IMG/VR virus record: IMGVR_UViG_3300032303_001959
Location: 8,845-72,844 of that record
Source of the DNA: a virus
Taxonomy: Duplodnaviria; Caudoviricetes
Length of the DNA stretch: 64,000 bases
Reading direction: 5' to 3' (one strand)
Shown: one piece after another, positions 56,279 to 64,000 of the stretch
Layout of the letters: every line of letters begins with the position of its first letter
How positions within the stretch are numbered: position 1 is the first letter of the stretch
Notes under the pieces: generated by a model
Seen by the model: only the letters and a program-made list of their open reading frames with translations
Told to the model about the DNA's origin: nothing
Databases searched by the model: none
Position numbers and translations under genes: made by a program

Positions 56279-56862
56279 CTAACCCCAGATTATTATGGAG
56301 GGCAGATAAAGACTATAAACATTACCAAGAAGGAGACATTAAACTAGGCGTAGACCTTGCCAACTGGGCTCATGCTCAGACGCAGGTTGAACTTAAGAAT
56401 TCCAAGCAACTAGCTAAGAGAAGCAAAACATATTGGATGAGTTGGGATGAGTGCAGTGAGTATTATCAAAAGCACTGCAACCATGTCCTGCCTCATGACT
56501 GTGAGTTTGGACACGAGAACTGTTCAGATAAACCTGACGGCGTCTGCGTGTACTGCACAGCTATGTTTGAGTATATGCGTGCTCATGAGTCATCGTTGCT
56601 TGCTGCATTCCAAGACGAAAGGATCCAGGAGATTCTTGGCCCGGAAGAAGTCAACGCATACTACAAACGTATGCTTGGCTATGACGCCGAGCTTAACAAA
56701 GATATCAACAAGAACCTTCTTAGTAAGAAGTGTTTGATCGATATCCCCTCAAGATACAAAGGTCAAGGCAAGCAGTTAAAGGAACTGTATGATGCCTTCA
56801 AGGGTCCAAGCCCAATGGTCAGGGCTGACGACCCTCCTGAACCACCTTGTAAAGTGTTCTAG
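56275..56862 (+). CDS. hypothetical protein with Cys/His cluster
   Basis: 195 aa, HCNH...CEFGHENC...CVYC; last plus-strand gene. Confidence 0.55.
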   Translation: MTNPRLLWRADKDYKHYQEGDIKLGVDLANWAHAQTQVELKNSKQLAKRSKTYWMSWDECSEYYQKHCNHVLPHDCEFGHENCSDKPDGVCVYCTAMFEYMRAHESSLLAAFQDERIQEILGPEEVNAYYKRMLGYDAELNKDINKNLLSKKCLIDIPSRYKGQGKQLKELYDAFKGPSPMVRADDPPEPPCKVF

Positions 56863-58151
56863 AGAAGTCTGCCCGACAGCGAGCGTCTCGATCCCCCACC
56901 TGCCATGGTGCCAAATCTTCCCGTGTTCACAAAGAAACGTGGAGGGGGTCGGACGTTCGCCGTTGTGGTGGATGAGGGGCCCATGCCGTCCTCATCATCT
57001 TCATTTTTTTTACGTGGTTTAAAGTCGGGGATATTACCGGCAGACTGAACTCGATTAGCCTGCTTGGCTACCAACTCACCAATCATTCTTTGCGTGTCGG
57101 GTTGGTTAAGAAAGGACATAATGTCAGGCTCCGGAGCTTTATCTTGAATACCGATGGGGGCTTTGACCGCTTGTTCCGCCATTGCTACAGATTCTTTAGC
57201 GGAGGGTTTGTATGTATCGGCCGACGGCTGTGGCTCAGGAGTTTTGTTGATCTGTTCTTGTTGCATCTTATCCAACTGCTCAAAAGCCCGATTGTAATCT
57301 TCCACAGATGGATCTTGAATTCCGCGTTGTTGAAGCCAGTTAGCCGCCTCCTCAATACTGACAGAAGATACTTTTTTAGGTGCGACGGGAGCCTCTGCTT
57401 CTTTTGGTTTGCGATAATTCTTTGGCCCGTTGGACGCAACGTCGTAGGTCCTGGCTGCCACCTTGCCTATCATGGGGAGCGCTATTCCTCCGGCCACCGC
57501 ACCTACCCCAGGCATGCCAAATCGACTACCAATCATAGCTCCACCACGCTGCCCGATAGCCATTAGACTGGCATCGAGAAGACCTTCACCCAAAGCTTTG
57601 TTTGATTCCGGTTTGTTTATTGCTTCGTCAACAGTTTTTCCTGTGCTGATGTCGTCATAGAATTCCTTACCGCGACCGTATATATTTCCGGCCACACTTA
57701 ATCCCGCTCCATACTTCATCAACTTACCACCAATACCTTTTGCCTTAGCGATAGTGCCGGCCGCGCCTTTAGCTGCGCCTTCTGCAGCACCCTCGGCTGC
57801 TGTAGCACCTGCCTTTCCAGCCGCGCTTAGCTCTGCGGTAACCGCGTCTTTAGTAGCTTTGGCTGAAGGATTGCTAGCAACAGATTGTAGTTTTGTAGCG
57901 CCTCCCCTAATTTTGCCGCCTTTAGCTTGAGGGGCCGGCGTCTTTGCCGGTTCGGCGGCTGCTGCTTTAGGGACAGTTTGAGCTACGGGCTTTTGCTTGC
58001 TTGCCCAGCCAGCGGGTAGTTCAGCCTCAACCTCTTTGACCAAACCCTTTTCAAGCATATCACCTAACCGAGTTTGAATTTCGGGAGGTTGGTTTTTTAA
58101 CCAGACTTTAATCTTGGTTATGCGTTTATCGCTTGCTGTCGCTGTGGCCAT
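56859..58151 (-). CDS. Ala/Gly-rich internal virion (ejection) protein
   Basis: 430 aa, low-complexity GAA repeats and a glycine-zipper segment (GSRFGMPGVGAVAGG). Confidence 0.55.
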   Translation of the reverse strand: MATATASDKRITKIKVWLKNQPPEIQTRLGDMLEKGLVKEVEAELPAGWASKQKPVAQTVPKAAAAEPAKTPAPQAKGGKIRGGATKLQSVASNPSAKATKDAVTAELSAAGKAGATAAEGAAEGAAKGAAGTIAKAKGIGGKLMKYGAGLSVAGNIYGRGKEFYDDISTGKTVDEAINKPESNKALGEGLLDASLMAIGQRGGAMIGSRFGMPGVGAVAGGIALPMIGKVAARTYDVASNGPKNYRKPKEAEAPVAPKKVSSVSIEEAANWLQQRGIQDPSVEDYNRAFEQLDKMQQEQINKTPEPQPSADTYKPSAKESVAMAEQAVKAPIGIQDKAPEPDIMSFLNQPDTQRMIGELVAKQANRVQSAGNIPDFKPRKKNEDDEDGMGPSSTTTANVRPPPRFFVNTGRFGTMAGGGSRRSLSGRLL

Positions 58152-58171
58152 ATGTATTACTCCTTTTTAGC

Positions 58172-58193
58172 TACTGTCAGATATTAGTCAATA
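58172..58193 (-). promoter_or_regulatory. conserved promoter/operator box
   Basis: Minus strand TATTGAC-TAATATCT-GACAGTA. Confidence 0.65.
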
Positions 58194-58355
58194 TTATCGC
58201 TTTTGATCTTTTTCCCATTGATCATCTTCGCCGTCATCATCTTTGTCTTTGAAGGTCCAAGGCATACGACTGCCCGGGTGCTTGGAAAGAAGCCAGTCAG
58301 TCTCTGGGGATTCCTCACGGGCAATCTGTCTTGGCTTTCTTTTTTTACCGGCCAT
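58194..58355 (-). CDS. hypothetical 53-aa protein, basic N-terminus and acidic C-terminus
   Basis: Not in the ORF track. MAGKKRKPRQIARE...FKDKDDDGEDDQWEKDQKR exactly fills the gap between two genes. Confidence 0.5.
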   Translation of the reverse strand: MAGKKRKPRQIAREESPETDWLLSKHPGSRMPWTFKDKDDDGEDDQWEKDQKR

Positions 58356-58357
58356 GA

Positions 58358-59296
58358 CTACCCGTTAAAGAACCCTGGGAAACTATATCTTGTTGGTTGC
58401 TCGTAAGTAAACGATGGCTGTTTCAAGCTCTTGGCGTACTCATCCAGCATATCATTGGTTGCGTCGTCGGCTTTTGATGCCCCTGCCCCCGCAAAACTAC
58501 TAAGCAACTTGGCCAAACCACCCATAGCATCGAGCGCTTTACCTGCTATTGCGCCGCCATCCATGCCTTTACCCATACCATTGGAGGATAGAAGATCCTC
58601 CCCAGAAGGGGCTTTACCACTAGGGTTTCCATTTGGGCCATTCTTTTTGTACCAGTTTTCAATATCGTCCAAGCGGTCATGAACTCTTGGCACAAAACCT
58701 TTAGCCAAGTTTGGATTGGGGTTTGGTTCCGGCAAAGGTTTCGATGGTTGTTTGGGGGACATTTCAAAAGAAAATCCTGGCATCGTTTCTACCGGCGGAG
58801 TGTTTGCCTGGCCGGCTGGAGGCTTCGCGCCTTTTACCTCTGGTATTAAACGATCGACACTCTTCATGGCATTCATGATTGATGATGAGTATTCCTGAGG
58901 GTTTGTGGTCGCATACCCAGAGGCAGCTAATGCATTAATAAAGCCGTTGGGGTCCGTCTGTCCTCTTACGCTTTTGTATCTCTCTCCTGATAGAAAGTTT
59001 CCGTACTCGTCTGCGTACTGATTTATATCAGCGAACTTCTTGAAGTTGGCTTGCGTGCTTACTTTCTTTCCGTTGACTTCTTCTTTCGTAGGCATTCGCA
59101 CGGACGGACCGTTCTTCCACTCTTTAATTCCACCAAAGTTATTAGCGGTTCTCGATAGATCGCTCGTACCCCACCCAGATTCCATAGCCCATTGAGCCAT
59201 GACCGCGTTACTAGGAACCCCCAATCTTGCGGCTACGCGTTCGGCTGGCACAATTGCCCGTTTAATAAAATCAATCTGTTCTTGTCTTGTAGCCAT
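58358..59296 (-). CDS. virion-associated peptidoglycan hydrolase (GH73 / FlgJ-like glucosaminidase)
   Basis: AQWAMESGWG, NNFGGIK, YADEYGNFL...RY, GYAT. Confidence 0.85.
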   Translation of the reverse strand: MATRQEQIDFIKRAIVPAERVAARLGVPSNAVMAQWAMESGWGTSDLSRTANNFGGIKEWKNGPSVRMPTKEEVNGKKVSTQANFKKFADINQYADEYGNFLSGERYKSVRGQTDPNGFINALAASGYATTNPQEYSSSIMNAMKSVDRLIPEVKGAKPPAGQANTPPVETMPGFSFEMSPKQPSKPLPEPNPNPNLAKGFVPRVHDRLDDIENWYKKNGPNGNPSGKAPSGEDLLSSNGMGKGMDGGAIAGKALDAMGGLAKLLSSFAGAGASKADDATNDMLDEYAKSLKQPSFTYEQPTRYSFPGFFNG

Positions 59297-59312
59297 ATAT
59301 TTATATTCTAAT

Positions 59313-59334
59313 TACTTACGTTTTGTGGTCAATA
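59313..59334 (-). promoter_or_regulatory. conserved promoter/operator box
   Basis: Minus strand TATTGAC-CACAAAAC-GTAAGTA-AT-TAGAAT. Confidence 0.65.
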
Positions 59335-59337
59335 ATC

Positions 59338-62300
59338 CTACAGCTTTACGCCTTGTTTGATTAGTTCGGGAGTCAATTGTTTAGATGCTATGTCCGATGC
59401 TTGTTGGCCAAGTTTTCTTAGGTAGCTATCCAACTGCTCGGCAGTCATTCTTTTAGCCATAGCAAAGAAGGCCGGCCTACGTACAACCTGAGCAATCACC
59501 TTACCGCGCAGTTCTCTAAACTTATAGAACTGCTCGTCGTTGAGAGGATAGTTCCCAACTTTCTGCCCACGCCGAGCATCAGGAATGAATGTGTTCTTAG
59601 CCATGAATAGCTTAAACAGTGGGTCTGCCTCAGAAGTATTGATGAACCTTTGCAGGAACACCATTCTTTCGACTCCGGCCGGGGCATTGACCACCTCACC
59701 CAACACGTTCAGCTGAGGCGTCCCGGTCATGCTCTTAAGGATGGGCACTTTATTAAAGAGCCACTTGCCGACAAAACTTGTCTGCTGTTGCGGGATGGGT
59801 TCAAAGATCTGATCAGCCTGTTTGAGAACGTTCGGGACTGCGTTGCCGACCGCACCGGAGAAGAAGTTCTGCAGGGCTGAAACGTCTTGTCCTTCAGAAG
59901 TTCCGTCCAGCATCTTGAACAGGTTGGACAACCCCTGAAGGAATGATTGGTTGAAGGGCACCTGGGCAACGGCGAGTGCGGCCGAAGTAACTTTTTCGGT
60001 CAGGTCTTTCTCTCTACCTCTTGGGTAGTTGGATTGATCAAACCACGTTCCGACAATCGATAAAGGAATAGCCAAGGGCGTGGAGAGGTAGCTGAGCTTG
60101 ACGCTGTTACCCCCAAAGGAGAACGAGTAAGGAACATATCCGCCTTCTCGCGCCTGTTTTCTTGCCGCCGGATCGGAAGGCCCGCCACCGGTGATTGTAA
60201 ACCCATCATCCTGACCATCGTCGTCCTTATCCTTCAACATTCCAGCTAGACCAGCTAACACGATCATGGCGCTTGTCCCGATGACAGCCTGGATGGCGTA
60301 GAGACTGCCCTGCTCAATCTTCTTGATTTGCTCCATTTGTTCAACGGTCTTAGCTAACCCACTTGTAGTTTTTGCACCGGCTTCTTTCCAAGCTTTAAAG
60401 GCTCGGTATGCACCAATTGGAGTGTAGTTAATACTCTCGTTGGTCACGTTCGATACGATCTTGGTGAAAGGCACAAACAATGGGACAAGAATTGGGTGCT
60501 CCCTGGACAACGCCCCAATGCCCTCGGCGATATGTCCAAGAAGTCCGTACGGTTTGTTGTTATAGGTAGCGTAGAGAGATAAGTCTTCCGCGCGACGCAT
60601 GATGGCTGCTCTTTCTGGGTCACCTTGGATTGCTAAGTCGCGTAGTTCGTACACTCGCTTGGTGAAATCTGCTGTACCAGGAGTCAATTTCTCGCCGATA
60701 GCCTGCTTTGTGGCTTGCTCTACGAACGAATCCGTTTGATTGAGCAGTCTTGCGGTCTCTTCCTCTACCGATAAATCGGTTACCTTGTTCTCGACATTCT
60801 CGATAGCCTGGATCTGTGCCTGAATCGCGGCAAACCCTTCCATCGCAGAACGGCCGAACAATGCATCCGAGGCGGACATGATCCTAAAAATATATTTACC
60901 CTTGGACAGCACCTTCTTCATCAAGGTATCGGTTCCCATAGACTCAAGGGCGTTGATGCTTGCCTCGTCCACGTACTTACCATTTGTCCGTGGGTTAATG
61001 TCTCCGTGAAGAAGGATTCCTTTAGCTTCCGCCAAGGCAATGGTGTGCATCGAAGCTAAGAATGTTTTATAGCCGAGCGTCATGTATTTGATCGCTAGCG
61101 CCGGGTTTCCTCTAGCGGCGGCCGCCGCCATTGAGTAAGTCGCTATATCTGCGATTGCTTTAATAGCGGTCGAAAAGAAGTTCATCCAGAATGTCGCTGG
61201 ACCAGATAGCATAGACATATACCAATATGCGGAAACCTGCGGCAGAGCTCCTGATTTGGTGGAATTATGAAGAAGCTTCAAAGCATCATGGAACTTCCTA
61301 TCTCTTTGGAAACCGTAAGGTGTCCTTGAAGCATCAACCATCATCTTGCGAAGAGTTTCAGCCGTGTTTACATCGAACGACGGGAACTTGCCCAGGCTTT
61401 CAATGGTTGAAAGAACAACGTCATCATTGATTGCGCCTAGCGCGGCCAGTTCAAGGATCTTTCTGGCGTCGCCGGAGATAGCATCCTCGATGGTATTGCC
61501 GGACTTGGAGATCGGTGGTTTTACAACCTCATGCATCTCCCCAAGCAACTGCTCGATACGCTCGGCTCGAAGCTCGGCATTGTTCATACCTTTGCGGTTT
61601 ACAATATTCCTGCGGAGCGTGCGGCCACGTAGACTCAAAGCCTTGCCAAGCTGGGTCTGCATGTTCTTTTGAACCATGTCAGCCAACTCAAACAACAGAG
61701 GCTCGTTTTCATATTCTGGCAAAAGCTTGGCCAGCACACTTACAAGCTGTTCACCGCTGAACTCGGCGTAATGATTCCTGATGATAGTGGCCAGATCATC
61801 CTGGTTAACCTGCTTTAAAGCCTGCCCATACAGATCATTGATCTGTTTAATCAAAGCCTGAACCCCTGCGTCATTCAGAGTAAGCCCCAACGCTTCACCT
61901 TGAGCTTGCTTAACTTCTTCCCCAAGCGACCCTAGCTGCTCACCTACCTTGTTCTTCAATGCGCCCCTTGTCTCTGCAAGTCGAGACACGTATTCAGTCA
62001 CCATGCCGGATGGAGACTGCATAAGAAACTGTTTCAACAGTCTGTATGCAATAGAGATAGTCTGACCCATCCCTCGGCCGAGTTTACTTACATGCTTCAA
62101 CAGCATAGTAGCTTTGTGGTTCTGCCCTGTCTCAGAGAATCTTCCGATTGCGTAGCTGGCCAGGGTAAAAATCTGCGTGTTATCTAGACTAAAAGTCTGA
62201 TCTCCAATTTCAACGGCAGCTGTTGTATCCGGAAGCGGGTTATAGCTAAGCCACACAGCAACTTGATCGGCACTCAACTCACGAAGAATATTTTCAACGG

Positions 62301-64000
62301 CCTCAATTGCCCCGATGTTCTTTAGATACGCAACTTCTTCTGGCGAGGTCTTTTCAGTATAGGTAGGCACCCCACCCTCGTTTTGGAACAACCTTGCGCC
62401 ATTGGCTGCTGCGGCTTCCTCCCTTTGAGCTCCGATAGGCTTGGCTCGGTTGAACGCGTCGCCCATCGGCAGCAACCCTTCCGTCTCGACGGTCGGTGTA
62501 TTAACCGTCGGAGGCGCCACATAGTCAGAATAGAAACGATCGTAAATAGCGCTGAGTTTATTATAAGTTGTATAAAGCTCCCTCGCCCGAGGATCGGAGG
62601 AGGCTTTGAGTGTGCTGAAAAGATTGAATACGGAATCAAGAACCGTACGGAGCCAGCCTAGGAACGATTTCCGTTGGGATCTAGCGAACTCGTCCATCGC
62701 CATAACTTGCTGGCGAGATTGTCCTCGGATCAGGCTGGATACCCGATCCTGAACCTGGAGGCTTCTCTGAAGTTCTAAGCCTTCAGTAAATACTTTGGCG
62801 CCCCTGCTCTTATCCAATTCCAGCAATAGCCGCAAGAACTCAGCCACCAGAACTTCATCACTTTGCTTGGTCTCTGGGTAGAGCTCGCCAAGAGCTTCCG
62901 TAACGGAAACGGCCTTCTTACCTTCAAGCTTGACCTTTAGTCCGTTGTCCTCAGCGCGTAGGAAGTTGGCTGCATCGCGAACACGATCGTTATAGTAAGA
63001 CTCCCATGATACGCCACCGTTGGGGAAGCGAGCCCTATACTCTTGCCGGAGCTGCTCAAAGTAGGAAAGATGCGCGACTTCATGGGCGATAAGTTGATCC
63101 ATCAACTGCTCGGTCAGCTTGTCGTACGTGTTCCTGGCTACGGGGTCGAGGAAGTTAATATCTTTCTGTTGGAAAAGTTTCTCTGCTAACAGTTCTGGGT
63201 TGACGAAGATGGTCGAGTTAACAGGGTCCATCGCGTTGTCGGAACCGCGAACCGTAAACACAGGGTAATTCTCTGCGGTGTTAGACTGGAATCTGACATT
63301 CTTAAGCCCTTTGCGACGAGCAGAAGCACGCAGATACTCCATCGCTTGCTCTTGTCGAGGGTCTTGGAGGTTAAGAAGATTTGAATCAAAGCTTACGCCT
63401 GCGTCTGCAAAGCCTTCTTCAGTCGCATACTTGGAAGCTCCGGAGACATCAGCCTGAATCTTCCTTACTCGGGACAGGTTGGCTTGCCTGCGGTACGGAT
63501 CGTTGATCACACGCATCTGGTTAAGCGTTGCCGCTGAATCAAAGGAACCCCTGTTCTCAAAGGCGGGCAAAAGAGCGTTGAACAAGATATCTCGCATACG
63601 CGCCCGATCATTCTCGGGGCTGATAAGATCTTCAGGGGCCAGTGTTCCGTCAAACTTTCCGACTGGATCAACAAGTTGCTCCATCAACTGCTCCAAGGTA
63701 GTTCCATTAAACTTGTACTGCTGTCTGAGTCTGTTGATTAGCAGTTCCGAAGTGTCTCTTAAGGATGCTAGCGGGCTATTTCCGAGAATATTTAACAACG
63801 CTTTCGGCAGGGAGCCGACCCTCTTTGGGTTGGCAGCCAAGTTCATTGCTCTTATTTCTGGAGTTGATTTATTTCCAATAGGTATTCCGGCTTGTCTTAT
63901 ATCTTTCCGTAGCTGAGATGCCCGGCTCTGCGCATCGACGACTTCCTGCTCGTATTGACGAAGCGTTTCGCGGACCTTTTCAGCATCCGAGAACTCCTGC
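59338..64000 (-). CDS. very large internal virion / polyvalent protein, N-terminus beyond the window
   Basis: The frame stays open from 63846 to the edge (QEFSDAEKVRETLRQ...IRAMNLAANPK), so it is >1550 aa. Contains IAHEVAHL (HExxH) and a gp16-like helical C-terminus. Confidence 0.7.
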   Translation of the reverse strand, partial: QEFSDAEKVRETLRQYEQEVVDAQSRASQLRKDIRQAGIPIGNKSTPEIRAMNLAANPKRVGSLPKALLNILGNSPLASLRDTSELLINRLRQQYKFNGTTLEQLMEQLVDPVGKFDGTLAPEDLISPENDRARMRDILFNALLPAFENRGSFDSAATLNQMRVINDPYRRQANLSRVRKIQADVSGASKYATEEGFADAGVSFDSNLLNLQDPRQEQAMEYLRASARRKGLKNVRFQSNTAENYPVFTVRGSDNAMDPVNSTIFVNPELLAEKLFQQKDINFLDPVARNTYDKLTEQLMDQLIAHEVAHLSYFEQLRQEYRARFPNGGVSWESYYNDRVRDAANFLRAEDNGLKVKLEGKKAVSVTEALGELYPETKQSDEVLVAEFLRLLLELDKSRGAKVFTEGLELQRSLQVQDRVSSLIRGQSRQQVMAMDEFARSQRKSFLGWLRTVLDSVFNLFSTLKASSDPRARELYTTYNKLSAIYDRFYSDYVAPPTVNTPTVETEGLLPMGDAFNRAKPIGAQREEAAAANGARLFQNEGGVPTYTEKTSPEEVAYLKNIGAIEAVENILRELSADQVAVWLSYNPLPDTTAAVEIGDQTFSLDNTQIFTLASYAIGRFSETGQNHKATMLLKHVSKLGRGMGQTISIAYRLLKQFLMQSPSGMVTEYVSRLAETRGALKNKVGEQLGSLGEEVKQAQGEALGLTLNDAGVQALIKQINDLYGQALKQVNQDDLATIIRNHYAEFSGEQLVSVLAKLLPEYENEPLLFELADMVQKNMQTQLGKALSLRGRTLRRNIVNRKGMNNAELRAERIEQLLGEMHEVVKPPISKSGNTIEDAISGDARKILELAALGAINDDVVLSTIESLGKFPSFDVNTAETLRKMMVDASRTPYGFQRDRKFHDALKLLHNSTKSGALPQVSAYWYMSMLSGPATFWMNFFSTAIKAIADIATYSMAAAAARGNPALAIKYMTLGYKTFLASMHTIALAEAKGILLHGDINPRTNGKYVDEASINALESMGTDTLMKKVLSKGKYIFRIMSASDALFGRSAMEGFAAIQAQIQAIENVENKVTDLSVEEETARLLNQTDSFVEQATKQAIGEKLTPGTADFTKRVYELRDLAIQGDPERAAIMRRAEDLSLYATYNNKPYGLLGHIAEGIGALSREHPILVPLFVPFTKIVSNVTNESINYTPIGAYRAFKAWKEAGAKTTSGLAKTVEQMEQIKKIEQGSLYAIQAVIGTSAMIVLAGLAGMLKDKDDDGQDDGFTITGGGPSDPAARKQAREGGYVPYSFSFGGNSVKLSYLSTPLAIPLSIVGTWFDQSNYPRGREKDLTEKVTSAALAVAQVPFNQSFLQGLSNLFKMLDGTSEGQDVSALQNFFSGAVGNAVPNVLKQADQIFEPIPQQQTSFVGKWLFNKVPILKSMTGTPQLNVLGEVVNAPAGVERMVFLQRFINTSEADPLFKLFMAKNTFIPDARRGQKVGNYPLNDEQFYKFRELRGKVIAQVVRRPAFFAMAKRMTAEQLDSYLRKLGQQASDIASKQLTPELIKQGVKL

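Noticed and set aside
25274-56862. T7-like single-subunit RNA polymerase and phage-specific promoters
   Set aside because: No RNAP ORF in the window, and the repeated promoter box contains sigma70-type TTGAC and -10 elements.
139-63916. Numerous opposite-strand or alternate-frame ORFs in the track (e.g. 139..579, 4228..4545, 16252..16641, 33282..33845, 57090..57566, 63479..63916)
   Set aside because: They lie wholly within well-supported genes, lack SD sequences or motifs, and look like antisense shadows of biased codon usage.

Overview
The window is almost entirely one temperate, podovirus-like dsDNA phage genome, circularly permuted and truncated at both edges. No RNA polymerase gene is visible. 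A Gram-negative host, possibly Verrucomicrobiota, is only a weak inference. Layout: (1) 1-23.5 kb, minus strand: terminase large subunit, portal, scaffold, major capsid, lysis genes (two holin-like, candidate unimolecular spanin, CHAP endolysin), tail nozzle, an internally triplicated adaptor and at least five fibre-like genes. (2) 23.6-25.6 kb: an attP made of the 5' half of tRNA-Ser(GCT), tyrosine integrase, ribbon-helix-helix protein and excisionase. (3) 25.6-36 kb, plus strand: resolvase, SF2 helicase, PD-(D/E)XK nuclease, family A DNA polymerase, primase-helicase and 2OG-Fe(II) oxygenase. (4) 36-42 kb: an AT-rich tandem duplication of [Ser/Thr-rich putative virion protein + sulfotransferase-like gene], then ferritin-like and small basic proteins. 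(5) 42.1-45.5 kb: a 12-copy GTTACC iteron element, a G-quadruplex motif, a candidate structured ncRNA, a displaced terminase small subunit and an H-type pseudoknot. (6) 45-56.9 kb: early genes (DUF932-like, rIIA/rIIB, histone-fold-like, Gp88-like, two HhH glycosylase-like). (7) 56.9-64 kb, minus strand: ejection proteins, GH73 muramidase and a >1550-aa protein that runs off the window. Strongest unexplained signals: the ncRNA candidate at 44.45-44.70 kb, the sulfotransferase cassettes, a 22-bp pseudo-palindrome TAYTGAC-N8-GNCARTA at 15 intergenic sites, and tandem identical-loop hairpins in the capsid leader. All protein calls come from motif recognition by eye; no database search was run.
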